From Planctomycetota bacterium (GTDB lineage: Bacteria > Planctomycetota > GCA-002687715 > CAIWVZ01), in NCBI GenBank assembly GCA_044222185.1, contig JBGANV010000009.1:128001-192000 (forward strand): a stretch of DNA of 64,000 nt, in the 5' to 3' direction. The position numbers were made by a program, and so were the translations under genes. The notes beneath the pieces were generated by a model. That model was given only the letters and a program-made list of their open reading frames with translations. It searched no databases and was not told the DNA's origin. Of this stretch, positions 10,141-19,736 are shown piece after piece. Within the stretch, counting starts at the first letter, position 1. Every line of letters starts with the position of its first letter.

Positions 10141-12432
10141 ATGCGCAAGGCAGCGTGGTCGCAGGTTGGAAGCGCGGTCGGGATCGCCCTCGCCGTCGGA
10201 GTCGGGCTCATCTTGTGGAGTGGCGAGCGCCAGTCGGCTGCATCCCCGGGTGTGACGCTTCCAGGTCGCACGTTGCCCCCCGAATTCGTCGAGACGCGAC
10301 CCGCGCTCGCGAGCGCGCCGGTGGATGTCCGGCCCATTCGCGCCGTGCCCATCGAGACTTCGGCGAGCGCCATTCGCGGGCAGGTCGTCGACGCGTCCGG
10401 CGCGCCCGTCGCCGGTGCCCAGGTCGTCGCCGTTCGAACGCGCCTGCAAGGGAACGTGGAGATCGCCCGCGGCGGGGCGTTGCCTGAGGGCGCCACGGCC
10501 TGTCTCACCGGCGCGCGGGGCGACTTCGCCTGCGAGCCGGCCGGCGCAACGTCGACCCTCGTCGTCGATGCCCGTGGATTCGCGCGCTGGAGCCGGGCCG
10601 ACGTCGAAGCGGCGACGGAGGTTCACGCGACGCTCGTCCCATCCTTGGACCTCGTCGGCCACATCATCGATCGGGATGGGAACCCCATCCCCAACGCCCG
10701 GGTCTCCTGGAGCGCGAGCGTTGATGGCGTGAAGACCACCGCCGCGGCGCGCGCGGGAGGCGATGGAACGTATGAGTTGCGCGACATCGCGTCCGACAGG
10801 CCGATGACCTGTTGGGAACTGATGGTCGTCGCGGACGGCTTCGCGCCGCGGCGCTTCGGCAGCCTCTCAGGCGGCGTGTGGCGTGGTGGCGAGCGAACGT
10901 TTGCCGATCGCACGCTGCGGCGCGATTGGGTGCTGTTCGAGGGCCGGCGGATCGAGGGCCGAGTCGTCGACTTCCAGACACACGTACCGGTCCAAGCGGC
11001 TCGCGTGTTCATCCTGGGTCAGAGAGATCACGAGCGGGCAGACGCGAACGGACGCGTCGTTTGGGCGCCGTGGATACTCGCGGAGACAGGGACGAACGCC
11101 GAAGGTTCGTTCACCGTCGACCACGTTCCCGAGGATCCGGAGACCGTGCGACCGGCGCTCGGAGTCCTGGCACTTGCACCCTCGGGAGCGGTGGGGCAGG
11201 CGTTGGTCGTCCTGCGGAATGGTCCGGCGCCGGTGCAGGTCGCCGTCACCCCGACGGCAACGGTTCGCGGCCGCGTGGTGGATGCCGAGGGACGGCCGGT
11301 CGAGGAAGTGCGCGTCGCCGCCCAGTTCGGAAGTGCCATCGAGCAGCCGGTGCTCGACGGAACGGGTCGCAGGTTGGATGCCCTCGCGACGCGCACGGAC
11401 GCCGCCGGCCGTTACGTGATCGATCGGCTGGATGCCTCGCGCTTCGGCATGGGGCTGTTGTTCGCGTCGTCGGACCGCGTGAGCCTGCAGAAGGAGATGT
11501 TCAAGGGCGTGGCGGTCGCTCCCGGGGAATCACTCGAGATGCCCGATGTCGTGGTCGAACCGCGCCCCGTCGTCCGCTGTGAGGTCGTCGACGGGCGCGG
11601 GCTCCCGATCGCGGGTGCGCGGTGTTCGTGGACGTACGACACGAGACTTCGAGCGCTGTCGGCGGATGCCGATGCGTCGGGTCGCTGCATTCTCGTGCGA
11701 CCGAGGCTCTTCGACGACGAGCCGTCGATCGAGGTGTACGCTCGCGCGCGAGGGTTCGCGTTGGCCAAGGCAAAGGCGGTTCGCGAGCCGGGCAAATGGC
11801 TGTACGACCTTCGGTTGGTGCTCGAACCCGGACGCACGTTGACCGGCGAACTCGTCCACCCCGACGGAACGCCGGCGGAGCGGTGGACCGTGATGGCCGC
11901 GAACGCCGAACTGCCTTTGGCGGACGCCTTCGCCGCTGCGAGCGAGACACCGATCAACACCCTCGACGCAGACGTCGTCTGGTGGGGCGCGACTGAGTCG
12001 GATCGACTCGGCCGGTTTGCGCTTCCGAACCTGCCGATGGGTCGCGTGCACGTCGCCGCGATGTCGGATCGCTGGAGTCGCCCGACCGCCAGGCTGAGTT
12101 CCGTCGCCGCGTCGACGATCCGGATCGACGTAGGACCTCGGGCAGTGCCGGAGGCCGCCCCGCCCGACCCCCGGGCACGCATCGAGATCCGAGTCGTCGA
12201 CGAGTCGACGAAGGTCATCGTCGCGGACGCCCAGGCGAAATGGGTCGATGCGAAGGGAACGAGCCTCGCGTCGGCGTATCTCGCCGACGGACGCATCGTC
12301 TTCGAGTCGGTGATTCCGCGCAGTGGAACCGTCGCGGTCACGTCGACGCGTCACAAGCCTTGGACGTCGGCCACGATCGATGCCAAAGCGGGCGGCTCCA
12401 TCGGGCTGGTGGCGGAACTGCAGCGGAATTGA
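10141..12432 (+). CDS. Membrane-anchored carboxypeptidase-regulatory-like (beta-sandwich) repeat protein
   Basis: N-terminal TM; repeated GRVVDA.G.PV.GA.V...TD..G.(F/Y) modules. Confidence 0.85.
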   Translation: MRKAAWSQVGSAVGIALAVGVGLILWSGERQSAASPGVTLPGRTLPPEFVETRPALASAPVDVRPIRAVPIETSASAIRGQVVDASGAPVAGAQVVAVRTRLQGNVEIARGGALPEGATACLTGARGDFACEPAGATSTLVVDARGFARWSRADVEAATEVHATLVPSLDLVGHIIDRDGNPIPNARVSWSASVDGVKTTAAARAGGDGTYELRDIASDRPMTCWELMVVADGFAPRRFGSLSGGVWRGGERTFADRTLRRDWVLFEGRRIEGRVVDFQTHVPVQAARVFILGQRDHERADANGRVVWAPWILAETGTNAEGSFTVDHVPEDPETVRPALGVLALAPSGAVGQALVVLRNGPAPVQVAVTPTATVRGRVVDAEGRPVEEVRVAAQFGSAIEQPVLDGTGRRLDALATRTDAAGRYVIDRLDASRFGMGLLFASSDRVSLQKEMFKGVAVAPGESLEMPDVVVEPRPVVRCEVVDGRGLPIAGARCSWTYDTRLRALSADADASGRCILVRPRLFDDEPSIEVYARARGFALAKAKAVREPGKWLYDLRLVLEPGRTLTGELVHPDGTPAERWTVMAANAELPLADAFAAASETPINTLDADVVWWGATESDRLGRFALPNLPMGRVHVAAMSDRWSRPTARLSSVAASTIRIDVGPRAVPEAAPPDPRARIEIRVVDESTKVIVADAQAKWVDAKGTSLASAYLADGRIVFESVIPRSGTVAVTSTRHKPWTSATIDAKAGGSIGLVAELQRN

Positions 12433-12498
12433 ACCGGACGGCGGCTCGCCGATGACGGAACGGCCTTTCCTTCGTCAGCGGCGTCGGCCTGCCTCGCG

Positions 12499-13695
12499 TC
12501 AATAGAGCGTGTACCGGCTCGTCGAACCCGGAAGCCATCCCGCGCCGCCCGGCAGGAAGTGCAGCGTGGTGCCCGTCAAGTCGTAGGGATTGTCGTAGGT
12601 CTCGAGGTAGGCGATGTTCTGGGTCGTGATCCCGTGCCACTCGAAGAACGCCTCGTTGATCCCGCCGACGTAGGCGTAGGGCGGAGTGGAGAGGATCCCC
12701 GGGCCCAGCGTGCTGCCGGCAGGCTGGGGCCCGGTGAAGTTCTTTTGCGCCTGATTGATGCCGCCCAGTCCGAACCCCGGCGCGATGCCCGTCGTCTGGT
12801 CGAAGTGCGACGCGTTGTTCGTGATGGGCGAGTTGATCTCCACGTAACCGTCGGTCCTGATCACGATGGAGAAGGTGTGGGGGACGGGGATGATGTAGTC
12901 CTGGACGTTCAGGTAATCGATGCGGACATAGCCGGGCATGCCCGGGCCTGGATTGGGATCGATCGTCGTGCGGACGGTGTTCGGCGGGCACACCATGTCA
13001 CACCATTGCGCGGCGATCCGCGGCGGACCCGTCAGCATGTCCTGTGGCGACGACGTGGGATCGCTTCCGAGCGACGTGCCGAAGCAGACGTATCCGTTGG
13101 AGCCGACATACACGCCCGTGTAATTGGTGCCGTAGAACGGCAGCGGCATGGAAGGGAACGTCAGGTGCTGCTCGTATTCGTCTCCGAGGAAGTAGGACTG
13201 GACGAACGGACCCTGAGTGACCGTGATCTGCGTGGCGGCAGTCAGGCTGTAGCCGGCCGCGGAGATGGGATCGGCGATGACGGCCTGGAGTGCCACGTGG
13301 AGGCCGAGGGGGACGAGGCCGGGCCCCGCACCTGCATCCGGAACGAGGAGCGCGATCGTGCTGGTGCCATTGCCTGCCGTCTGGAACGTCGGAAGTACGA
13401 ACCCGTCGATCACGCATTCGGGAATCGGCGACATCGGAAGGTCGACGATCGAGCCCCCGAGGGTCGCAGAGCCCGCAGCGACGTTCGCCGCCTGGTAGAT
13501 CGCGTACGGGCGTTGCGGCGCACCGCGCACGGTGATGACCGTCGCGGTGTTCGTGCGCACCGTCGTCGCGATCGGATAGGGCGGCCCAGCGGATCCGTCG
13601 ATCGTCATCGAATGAGTGGCGTCATTCGGTTGCTGAGCGAGAGCGCTGGCAGCGACGATGAGCACTGCCAGCTGGCGAATGAGATTCCGGGTCAT
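12499..13695 (-). CDS. Secreted protein with N-terminal copy of the shared domain and a NIDO-like C-terminal region
   Basis: GGAGG SD; signal peptide ...ASALAQ; LPFYGTNYTGVYVGSNGYVCFG...PPRIAAQWCDM (nidogen-like pattern). Confidence 0.78.
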   Translation of the reverse strand: MTRNLIRQLAVLIVAASALAQQPNDATHSMTIDGSAGPPYPIATTVRTNTATVITVRGAPQRPYAIYQAANVAAGSATLGGSIVDLPMSPIPECVIDGFVLPTFQTAGNGTSTIALLVPDAGAGPGLVPLGLHVALQAVIADPISAAGYSLTAATQITVTQGPFVQSYFLGDEYEQHLTFPSMPLPFYGTNYTGVYVGSNGYVCFGTSLGSDPTSSPQDMLTGPPRIAAQWCDMVCPPNTVRTTIDPNPGPGMPGYVRIDYLNVQDYIIPVPHTFSIVIRTDGYVEINSPITNNASHFDQTTGIAPGFGLGGINQAQKNFTGPQPAGSTLGPGILSTPPYAYVGGINEAFFEWHGITTQNIAYLETYDNPYDLTGTTLHFLPGGAGWLPGSTSRYTLY

Positions 13696-14019
13696 CGAGC
13701 ACCTCCCTGCGATGCGGGCACGGACACGAAACGGCGAGCAAGCGACGTACCGAAGACGCCCTCACTTCCACGCGCGCACGGAATCGACGGTGCATTCCAC
13801 CGGGATCACGCGCCGCCACCGCGCACCTCCGCGTGGCGCTTCGCGGATGTGGTCACCCGCAAGTAACGCGCGAGCGGCATCGTCGGCGCGATACAGCTCG
13901 CAGGCTCGACCGATGAACTTCGTGGAGGCGCCGCGCGCGTCGGTGAATACGGCTGTATCAACGCATCGACGTCGACGTGCGGCATGTTCGTTGCAATCCG
14001 ACGCGCACGGAGATCAACC

Positions 14020-15921
14020 ATGCTTTCACGTCCCACATCTGCGTCGCGCACGCCTCATCTGTTGCTGATTCTCGCGCTCATCGCGGTGAACGTCGCGGCA
14101 CAGCTCCCCGCCTGGAATTCGATCGCAGTCTCGGGCTCTCAGACCATTCAGCTCGAGCAGACGCTGATGGCCGTGACCGACGGCAACGTCGTCCGTGCAT
14201 GGTCCGCGCTCACGCGCAATTGGTCGTCGATCACTGCGACCTATGGCCCACCGGTCAACACGATCCTGAACGAGCATCTCATCGTGCGCGACGGCCCGAT
14301 CTTCTATGGCTACTCGCCGCGCAGTGGGGCGTTCCAGGCGCAATTCGTGTTCTCGCCCAGCCCGATGCTGGTCCCCTCCGCATCGGCGCAGACGTGGCAC
14401 AGCCTCGTGATCGACGGGAACAACCTCCACGCCTACTTCGCGTACTCGGGCCAGTGGATGACGTACTCGTTCCCGAGTCCTCCAACGGTCACGACCGCGA
14501 TGAATGGACGCTTCTGCTTCTTGATCCAGGCCGGTGGGAACCTCTATGCGGTGAGCACGTTCTATGGCTCGCTCGTGCCGGCGCCTGTGCCGAGCGCGAC
14601 GAGTGCGGGCGGGTTCGGGAACATGGCCTTCGCAAATGCGCCGGGAACGCTGCTCGGATTCAGCGCCTCGCGAAACACGTGGGCGTCGCTCTCCGTGGCT
14701 GGCACCCCGACGATCACGACGGGCAATGCGCAGCCGGCGCTCGTCGCCATCAACGACGGCGCGGCGATCTCGTTGTTCAGCGGCAACACTGGCACGTTCA
14801 CCACGCTCCCCGCGTCGCCCTCGGCGAGCGTGAACATCGAGCGCTATTCCGGCGTGGTCGTCGACGGCGCGACGGCTTATGGGTACTCGGCGATCCTGGG
14901 CGCGTTCGCGACGCTGCCGCTCGGCAGCACCGTGACGGTGATCAAGCAGCAGATGTTCACGCTGCTCGATGACGGAGTCAGCCTGACCGCGTTCAGCGCG
15001 ACGACCGGGACGTTCGGTACGCCCGTTGGCTACTCCGGGCAGACTCTTCTGCACAAGGCGCAGATCGCGACGCTTACCCCGGCCGGCGCCAGCGTCCCGA
15101 GCGCGGTGTATTCGTCCTATCGCAACCAGTGGGAATCGGGGCCGGGCCTGACCGCCGGTACGACGTATCTCACGGCCGTCTCCGTGATCGTCGAAGGGTC
15201 GACGGGCGGATTGTGGGGCTGGTCACATCGATCCGCAGGCTGGCGGTTCCAGCCGGCGTTGCCGACGGAATCGGCCGTCGCCGGGAGCAGCCCGCCGAAT
15301 CTCGCCGAGACGTTCTGCGCGCGCCAGGGCACGACCCTCCATGCGTTCAATCCACGCACGTCGGCGTGGCGTTCGACGATCACTGCTGCGCCGGCCACCA
15401 TCGTCCGTGCGCACCACGCGGCGATCCTCGCGCAGGACGGCGCGCACGTCTATGGGTTCAATCTCTGGAGCGACGAATGGGCGAGCCAGACGCTGCAGGG
15501 CCCGTACGTCGCCGGGTCGGCGCAAGTCGAGAGTGCCTACGCTTCAGACGGGGCCCGCATCTACGCCTACGCCGGCTTGGGCCAGATGAATACCCTCGCC
15601 GAGTTCCCGGATTTCTATCGCGTTCCGACGCTTGGTTCGCTCTTCCGGTTCGAGGTCGCGGGCGAGCCCGGCGCGGCGGCCATCATCGGGTTGGCGCTCG
15701 GTCCGGCGGAGATTCCCATCGCGTTCGGCACGCTCCTGCTCGACCCCGCGTCGCTCTCGATCCTGGCGCAGGCGTCGGTTCCGCCGGCTGGACTGCTCAG
15801 CTTCACCATGCAGATCCCGCTCGACCCGGCGCTGCGCGGGCTCACGCCGCACCTTCAGGCCGCGCTGGTCGACGTCGGTGGGGCCTATCTCACGAACTCG
15901 ATCTTCTCGACGATCTACTGA
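14020..15921 (+). CDS. Secreted repeat (beta-propeller-like) protein with shared C-terminal domain
   Basis: GGAG SD before ATG 14020; signal peptide ...VNVAAQ; about 13 repeats of the type (Y/H)(A/G)(F/Y/W)Sxxx(G/N)x(W/F); C-terminus IPLDPALRGLTPHLQAALVD...LTNSIFSTIY. Confidence 0.82.
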   Translation: MLSRPTSASRTPHLLLILALIAVNVAAQLPAWNSIAVSGSQTIQLEQTLMAVTDGNVVRAWSALTRNWSSITATYGPPVNTILNEHLIVRDGPIFYGYSPRSGAFQAQFVFSPSPMLVPSASAQTWHSLVIDGNNLHAYFAYSGQWMTYSFPSPPTVTTAMNGRFCFLIQAGGNLYAVSTFYGSLVPAPVPSATSAGGFGNMAFANAPGTLLGFSASRNTWASLSVAGTPTITTGNAQPALVAINDGAAISLFSGNTGTFTTLPASPSASVNIERYSGVVVDGATAYGYSAILGAFATLPLGSTVTVIKQQMFTLLDDGVSLTAFSATTGTFGTPVGYSGQTLLHKAQIATLTPAGASVPSAVYSSYRNQWESGPGLTAGTTYLTAVSVIVEGSTGGLWGWSHRSAGWRFQPALPTESAVAGSSPPNLAETFCARQGTTLHAFNPRTSAWRSTITAAPATIVRAHHAAILAQDGAHVYGFNLWSDEWASQTLQGPYVAGSAQVESAYASDGARIYAYAGLGQMNTLAEFPDFYRVPTLGSLFRFEVAGEPGAAAIIGLALGPAEIPIAFGTLLLDPASLSILAQASVPPAGLLSFTMQIPLDPALRGLTPHLQAALVDVGGAYLTNSIFSTIY

Positions 15922-15978
15922 TGCTCCGATGGTTCGTGCACCGCCCGCAGCCATCGGTTGCGGGCGGCGCCGTCACGC

Positions 15979-16605
15979 TCACTTCACGCGGGTTGCCGTG
16001 CTCGTCATGACGACGGCGATGTTGCCCTCGCTGATCGTGTCGTAGACCTCGACGGTGTGCTTGTCGTCCGACTCGATCTTGATGACGATGCGCCACGGGC
16101 GGCCCTTCTCCGGCGACATCGCGTCGCGGATCTCGCCGTTCAACGTGATGACCTTGCCCGCCGCGTCCGCCGTGCCGTGAGTCGTGTACTGACCGGTCGA
16201 CATGTTGTCGCTCCACGTCGCCACGTACTCCTTCAGCGTGTTGTCGTACCCGAGCATGAAGATGCCGCTGAAGGGCTTGCCCTGGGCCATGCCCGTCGAC
16301 TCCTCGACGAGCTGACGGCCGCCGAGGATGACTCGCGCATCCGCCGTCCCCTTGGTTTCCACCGACGGGAAGCCCGGCATGTCGCACGGCTTGTTCACCG
16401 TTTCCCATTTGCCCGCCAGTTTCGCCAACAGTTTGTGCTGCTCTCCCGGCGCGCCTGCCTTCTCATACGCCTCCATCATGGCCTTGACCTCTTCGGCCGT
16501 CGGCTGCTTGGGCGCGCCCTTGGCGTCCTGTGGCTTCAGGTCCTGATGAATGGCGAGCGAGCCTGCGAGACATGCGATTCCTGCGATGACGAGTTTCGAC
16601 AACAT
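15979..16605 (-). CDS. DUF1579 family exported protein
   Basis: GGAGG SD; PGEQHKLLAKLAGKW, ILGGR, GYDN..KEYVATWSDNMSTG are typical of DUF1579. Confidence 0.85.
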   Translation of the reverse strand: MLSKLVIAGIACLAGSLAIHQDLKPQDAKGAPKQPTAEEVKAMMEAYEKAGAPGEQHKLLAKLAGKWETVNKPCDMPGFPSVETKGTADARVILGGRQLVEESTGMAQGKPFSGIFMLGYDNTLKEYVATWSDNMSTGQYTTHGTADAAGKVITLNGEIRDAMSPEKGRPWRIVIKIESDDKHTVEVYDTISEGNIAVVMTSTATRVK

Positions 16606-16818
16606 GGTTTCCTCCGTGCGACCGCGCTCCGCGGCCAAGTTGGGGTCGGGACGATATCACGCGGGGGGGACGGGGGTGGGGCGCGGCCGCGCTCAGCTCT
16701 GCTCGGACCGCAGTCCTCGTGGTTCTGGATCACCATGACTCAGCATCGCCGATCTGAGCCCGCGAACGCCCGCGCCCAGGAGATCGCTCGTGCATCGGGT
16801 GCCAACTTCGTTCTGCCG

Positions 16819-16848
16819 TTGACCATGCCGCAGAGCCCCCGATATCCT
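16819..16848 (+). promoter_or_regulatory. Sigma70-type promoter of a leaderless transcript
   Basis: TTGACC-N18-TATCCT-N7-ATG(16856); no SD sequence. Confidence 0.6.
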
Positions 16849-16855
16849 CCGGCCC

Positions 16856-19558
16856 ATGCGGCGCTTCCTGATCGGCGTAGTCGTCGTGCTCGTATTCGTG
16901 GTCGGCGTCGCCCACCTGTCGACGCATGACGCCGCCTGGCAGACGGCCAGCCGCCGGATCGATCACATCGGGTCGGGGCTATCACCGATCAACGGTCGCG
17001 TGGTCGACGCCGCCGGTCGGCCCGTAGGCGGTGCACGCATCGTGGCCGTTCCGGCGGATCCCGAGCGGACCGAGTTCGCGGCGCCGGCGGGCTCGATCCC
17101 GGATGGGGCACGATTTGCGACATCCGACTCTGAAGGGGCGTTCGCTTGCGACGTGCAGGCTGCGTGGAGCGATCTCTTCGTCGACCGACAAGGCTTCGGG
17201 CGAGTGACCCGTACTGACGTGCCCGCCGGTGAAACCGTGACGATCCAGCTGTTCGCACCACTCACACTGGCGGGTCGGATCATCGATCGCGACGGGCGAC
17301 CGATATCGAAGGCAAGCGTGTCGTGGAATCACTCGGCCGCCGGTATCCGAACGACGACGTCGACGGTTGCGGCGGACGACGGAACCTATCGCGTTGCCGG
17401 CTCGGTGGAGGGGGCCGATCCAGTTCGCGCGTGGGTCGAAATCGACGCACCTGGCTTTGCGCGCCGCGCCGTGTACGGACTTCCGGGGTTCGGCGTCGAC
17501 AGCGCTCGATCGATGGCGGCCCAGGGGCTCGAAGTTCGCCGGAGCTTCGTGCTGTTCCCGGCGCGACGGGTCACCGGCGTCGTCCGCGATGCGGTGACGG
17601 CGAAGCCCGTCGCGGGTGCGTGGGTCCATCTCGCCCCGCTCGGCTCCCGACTTCCGCGTCGCGACACGTCCACCGACCGTGAAGGACGCTTCGCCTTCGA
17701 TGGCGTCGACGACACTCGGGATGGGGAAGTCTCGTGCTGGGCGGTGATCGCTGGCGCCGAGGGATTCGCCGTCGTGCGCAAGCGTGCCGTCGACGTCGGC
17801 GAACTGTGCCCGTGTGAGCTTCGCCTGCGCAAGCCCGCGCGGGTCGTGGGTCGCGTCGTCGATTCCGGCGGTCGGCCTGTCGAGGGCGCCGTGGTCCGCT
17901 GGGCGGCGCCGCAACCGGCCGACGAGTCCTGGGTTCGTGTTCCGCAGCGTCTGCTCCCGAGCGACGGATGCAGAACGGATCAGGACGGGCACTATCGTCT
18001 CGACGGAGTCCCTGGAGGCGAGCCGGACGCGGGCGTATTCGTGGACACGCTCGAGAACGAAGAGCTGACCGAGAACGATTCCGTGTGCGTCGGCGTGTCG
18101 CCCGAGCCCGGGACGACGATCGAAGCCGCGGATCTCGTCGTGAAGAGATCTCCGTCGGTGATCTGTCGCGTGGTCGACGCCCGCGGGGCGGCTCTCGTCG
18201 GGGCGAGATGCTTCTGGTGGACGCGAAGCCCGTCGGAAGCGACGTCGGCGGATCCATCGGGAACGTGTCGCTTGTTTGCGAGGGAACGCGATCGGGCCGA
18301 CGGGCCTCTACGCGTGATCGCGTCGGCGCCTGGTTATGCGCGAGGCGCCAGTGGTTTCGTCGTCCCGTCCGAGTCGGACCCACCGCAGCTCGAGATCATT
18401 CTCACCCCAGAGCGGACCGTCGAGGGGAAGGTTCATTACGCGGACGGCTCTGCCGCTTGCGACTTGTTCGTCGTCGCGGGCAATGCGCGCCTATCCATCG
18501 ACGAGGTGTTCCGCCCGTCGTGCGTGCCGGATCGCAACCCGGGTCGCGAGCCCATTCCGTGGCTCGACACCGCACGAACCGATGGACGGGGCCATTTCGT
18601 GCTCCGCGCGCTGCCTCCGGGGCCCGTGCATCTCGAGGTGTCGCTCGCTGGCACGCCGAATCGCCGAGTCGTGCTTGCGAACGCCGTCGACGATTACGTG
18701 CGCATCGACGCTGGCCCGCGGCGGACCGTCGAGAGTGGGCCGACCGAAGCGGATGGCTGGATCGAGGTGAGCGTGGTGGATGCCGACGCCGAGTCGATGG
18801 TCGCGGACGCCCGCGTTCGTCTCGTCGATCCGACGACCGGCGCCGCGCGGGAACTGGCGGATCTGGATGACGGAGTTTTCGTGATGAGCACGTGCGCCCC
18901 ACAGCGATGCGGCGTTCGCATCGAGTCCGCGCGCCATGCAACGCAGCTGATTCGGGACGTGACCGTTCGCTCCGGAGAAACCACGAAGATTCTCGTGCGA
19001 CTCGAGCACGGACTGTCGTTGGAGACTCGCCTCGCATGCGCGGCTCGAAGGGATTGGAGCGGGGCGACCGTGACGTTGCTGGACGGCGAAATGGAGCTGA
19101 TCTCGGACATCCCGGTTCGTGCCGATGGCGGTGTGCGGATCAAAGGCCTGCCGTCGAACAAGCGATTGACGGTCCACGTCATCGTCGACGACCGGGTGGC
19201 CTGTTCGAGCGTGCCGGGCGCGGAACTGTGCATGAGACCGGGCTCGCCCGCCCGCGAGTCGGGGTTGCAGGTCGTCGAGGTTGGCGTGCTCGATGTGAAC
19301 ATCCACGGCGTCGACGGATTCGTCTGGCCCAAGGGCGACGGGCACGACGCCAGCGGTGCGTGTGAGTCGACGATCGAAATCATTGGCCCAGGTTCGTTCC
19401 ACGCGGTTCGAGCGGGATTGGTATCGCCGTTCCAGTCGTTCCTCGTTCCTCTGGGCACCGCCAAGGTCCGCGCGCTGATCCCAGGCCACGCTCCCATCGA
19501 GCGCCTCGTCCAGGTGGATCAGCACGACGACGCGAGCGTCGATATCTCGTGGGAGTGA
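16856..19558 (+). CDS. Carboxypeptidase-regulatory-like repeat protein (paralog of 10141..12432)
   Basis: N-terminal TM; GRVVDAAGRPVGGA, GRIIDRDGRPI, GRVVDSGGRPVEGA, TDGRGHF..LPPGPVHL; collinear with the 10141 paralog. Confidence 0.85.
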   Translation: MRRFLIGVVVVLVFVVGVAHLSTHDAAWQTASRRIDHIGSGLSPINGRVVDAAGRPVGGARIVAVPADPERTEFAAPAGSIPDGARFATSDSEGAFACDVQAAWSDLFVDRQGFGRVTRTDVPAGETVTIQLFAPLTLAGRIIDRDGRPISKASVSWNHSAAGIRTTTSTVAADDGTYRVAGSVEGADPVRAWVEIDAPGFARRAVYGLPGFGVDSARSMAAQGLEVRRSFVLFPARRVTGVVRDAVTAKPVAGAWVHLAPLGSRLPRRDTSTDREGRFAFDGVDDTRDGEVSCWAVIAGAEGFAVVRKRAVDVGELCPCELRLRKPARVVGRVVDSGGRPVEGAVVRWAAPQPADESWVRVPQRLLPSDGCRTDQDGHYRLDGVPGGEPDAGVFVDTLENEELTENDSVCVGVSPEPGTTIEAADLVVKRSPSVICRVVDARGAALVGARCFWWTRSPSEATSADPSGTCRLFARERDRADGPLRVIASAPGYARGASGFVVPSESDPPQLEIILTPERTVEGKVHYADGSAACDLFVVAGNARLSIDEVFRPSCVPDRNPGREPIPWLDTARTDGRGHFVLRALPPGPVHLEVSLAGTPNRRVVLANAVDDYVRIDAGPRRTVESGPTEADGWIEVSVVDADAESMVADARVRLVDPTTGAARELADLDDGVFVMSTCAPQRCGVRIESARHATQLIRDVTVRSGETTKILVRLEHGLSLETRLACAARRDWSGATVTLLDGEMELISDIPVRADGGVRIKGLPSNKRLTVHVIVDDRVACSSVPGAELCMRPGSPARESGLQVVEVGVLDVNIHGVDGFVWPKGDGHDASGACESTIEIIGPGSFHAVRAGLVSPFQSFLVPLGTAKVRALIPGHAPIERLVQVDQHDDASVDISWE

Positions 19559-19736
19559 TCGGGAGCGCGTCGCGGAGCTCTCGGCATCGAGTCCCGTGGC
19601 TCGCATGGCGATCCGATTCATGCGAGGCCGCGATCTTCGAGGATCGTTCGCGCTTCGCACCTGGTGGTTCGCCCATCGAAAACCCCAGTGCCGTCGCAGC
19701 AAACCGCGGTCGAGCGTCCTCAGCGAGTGAACGTGC

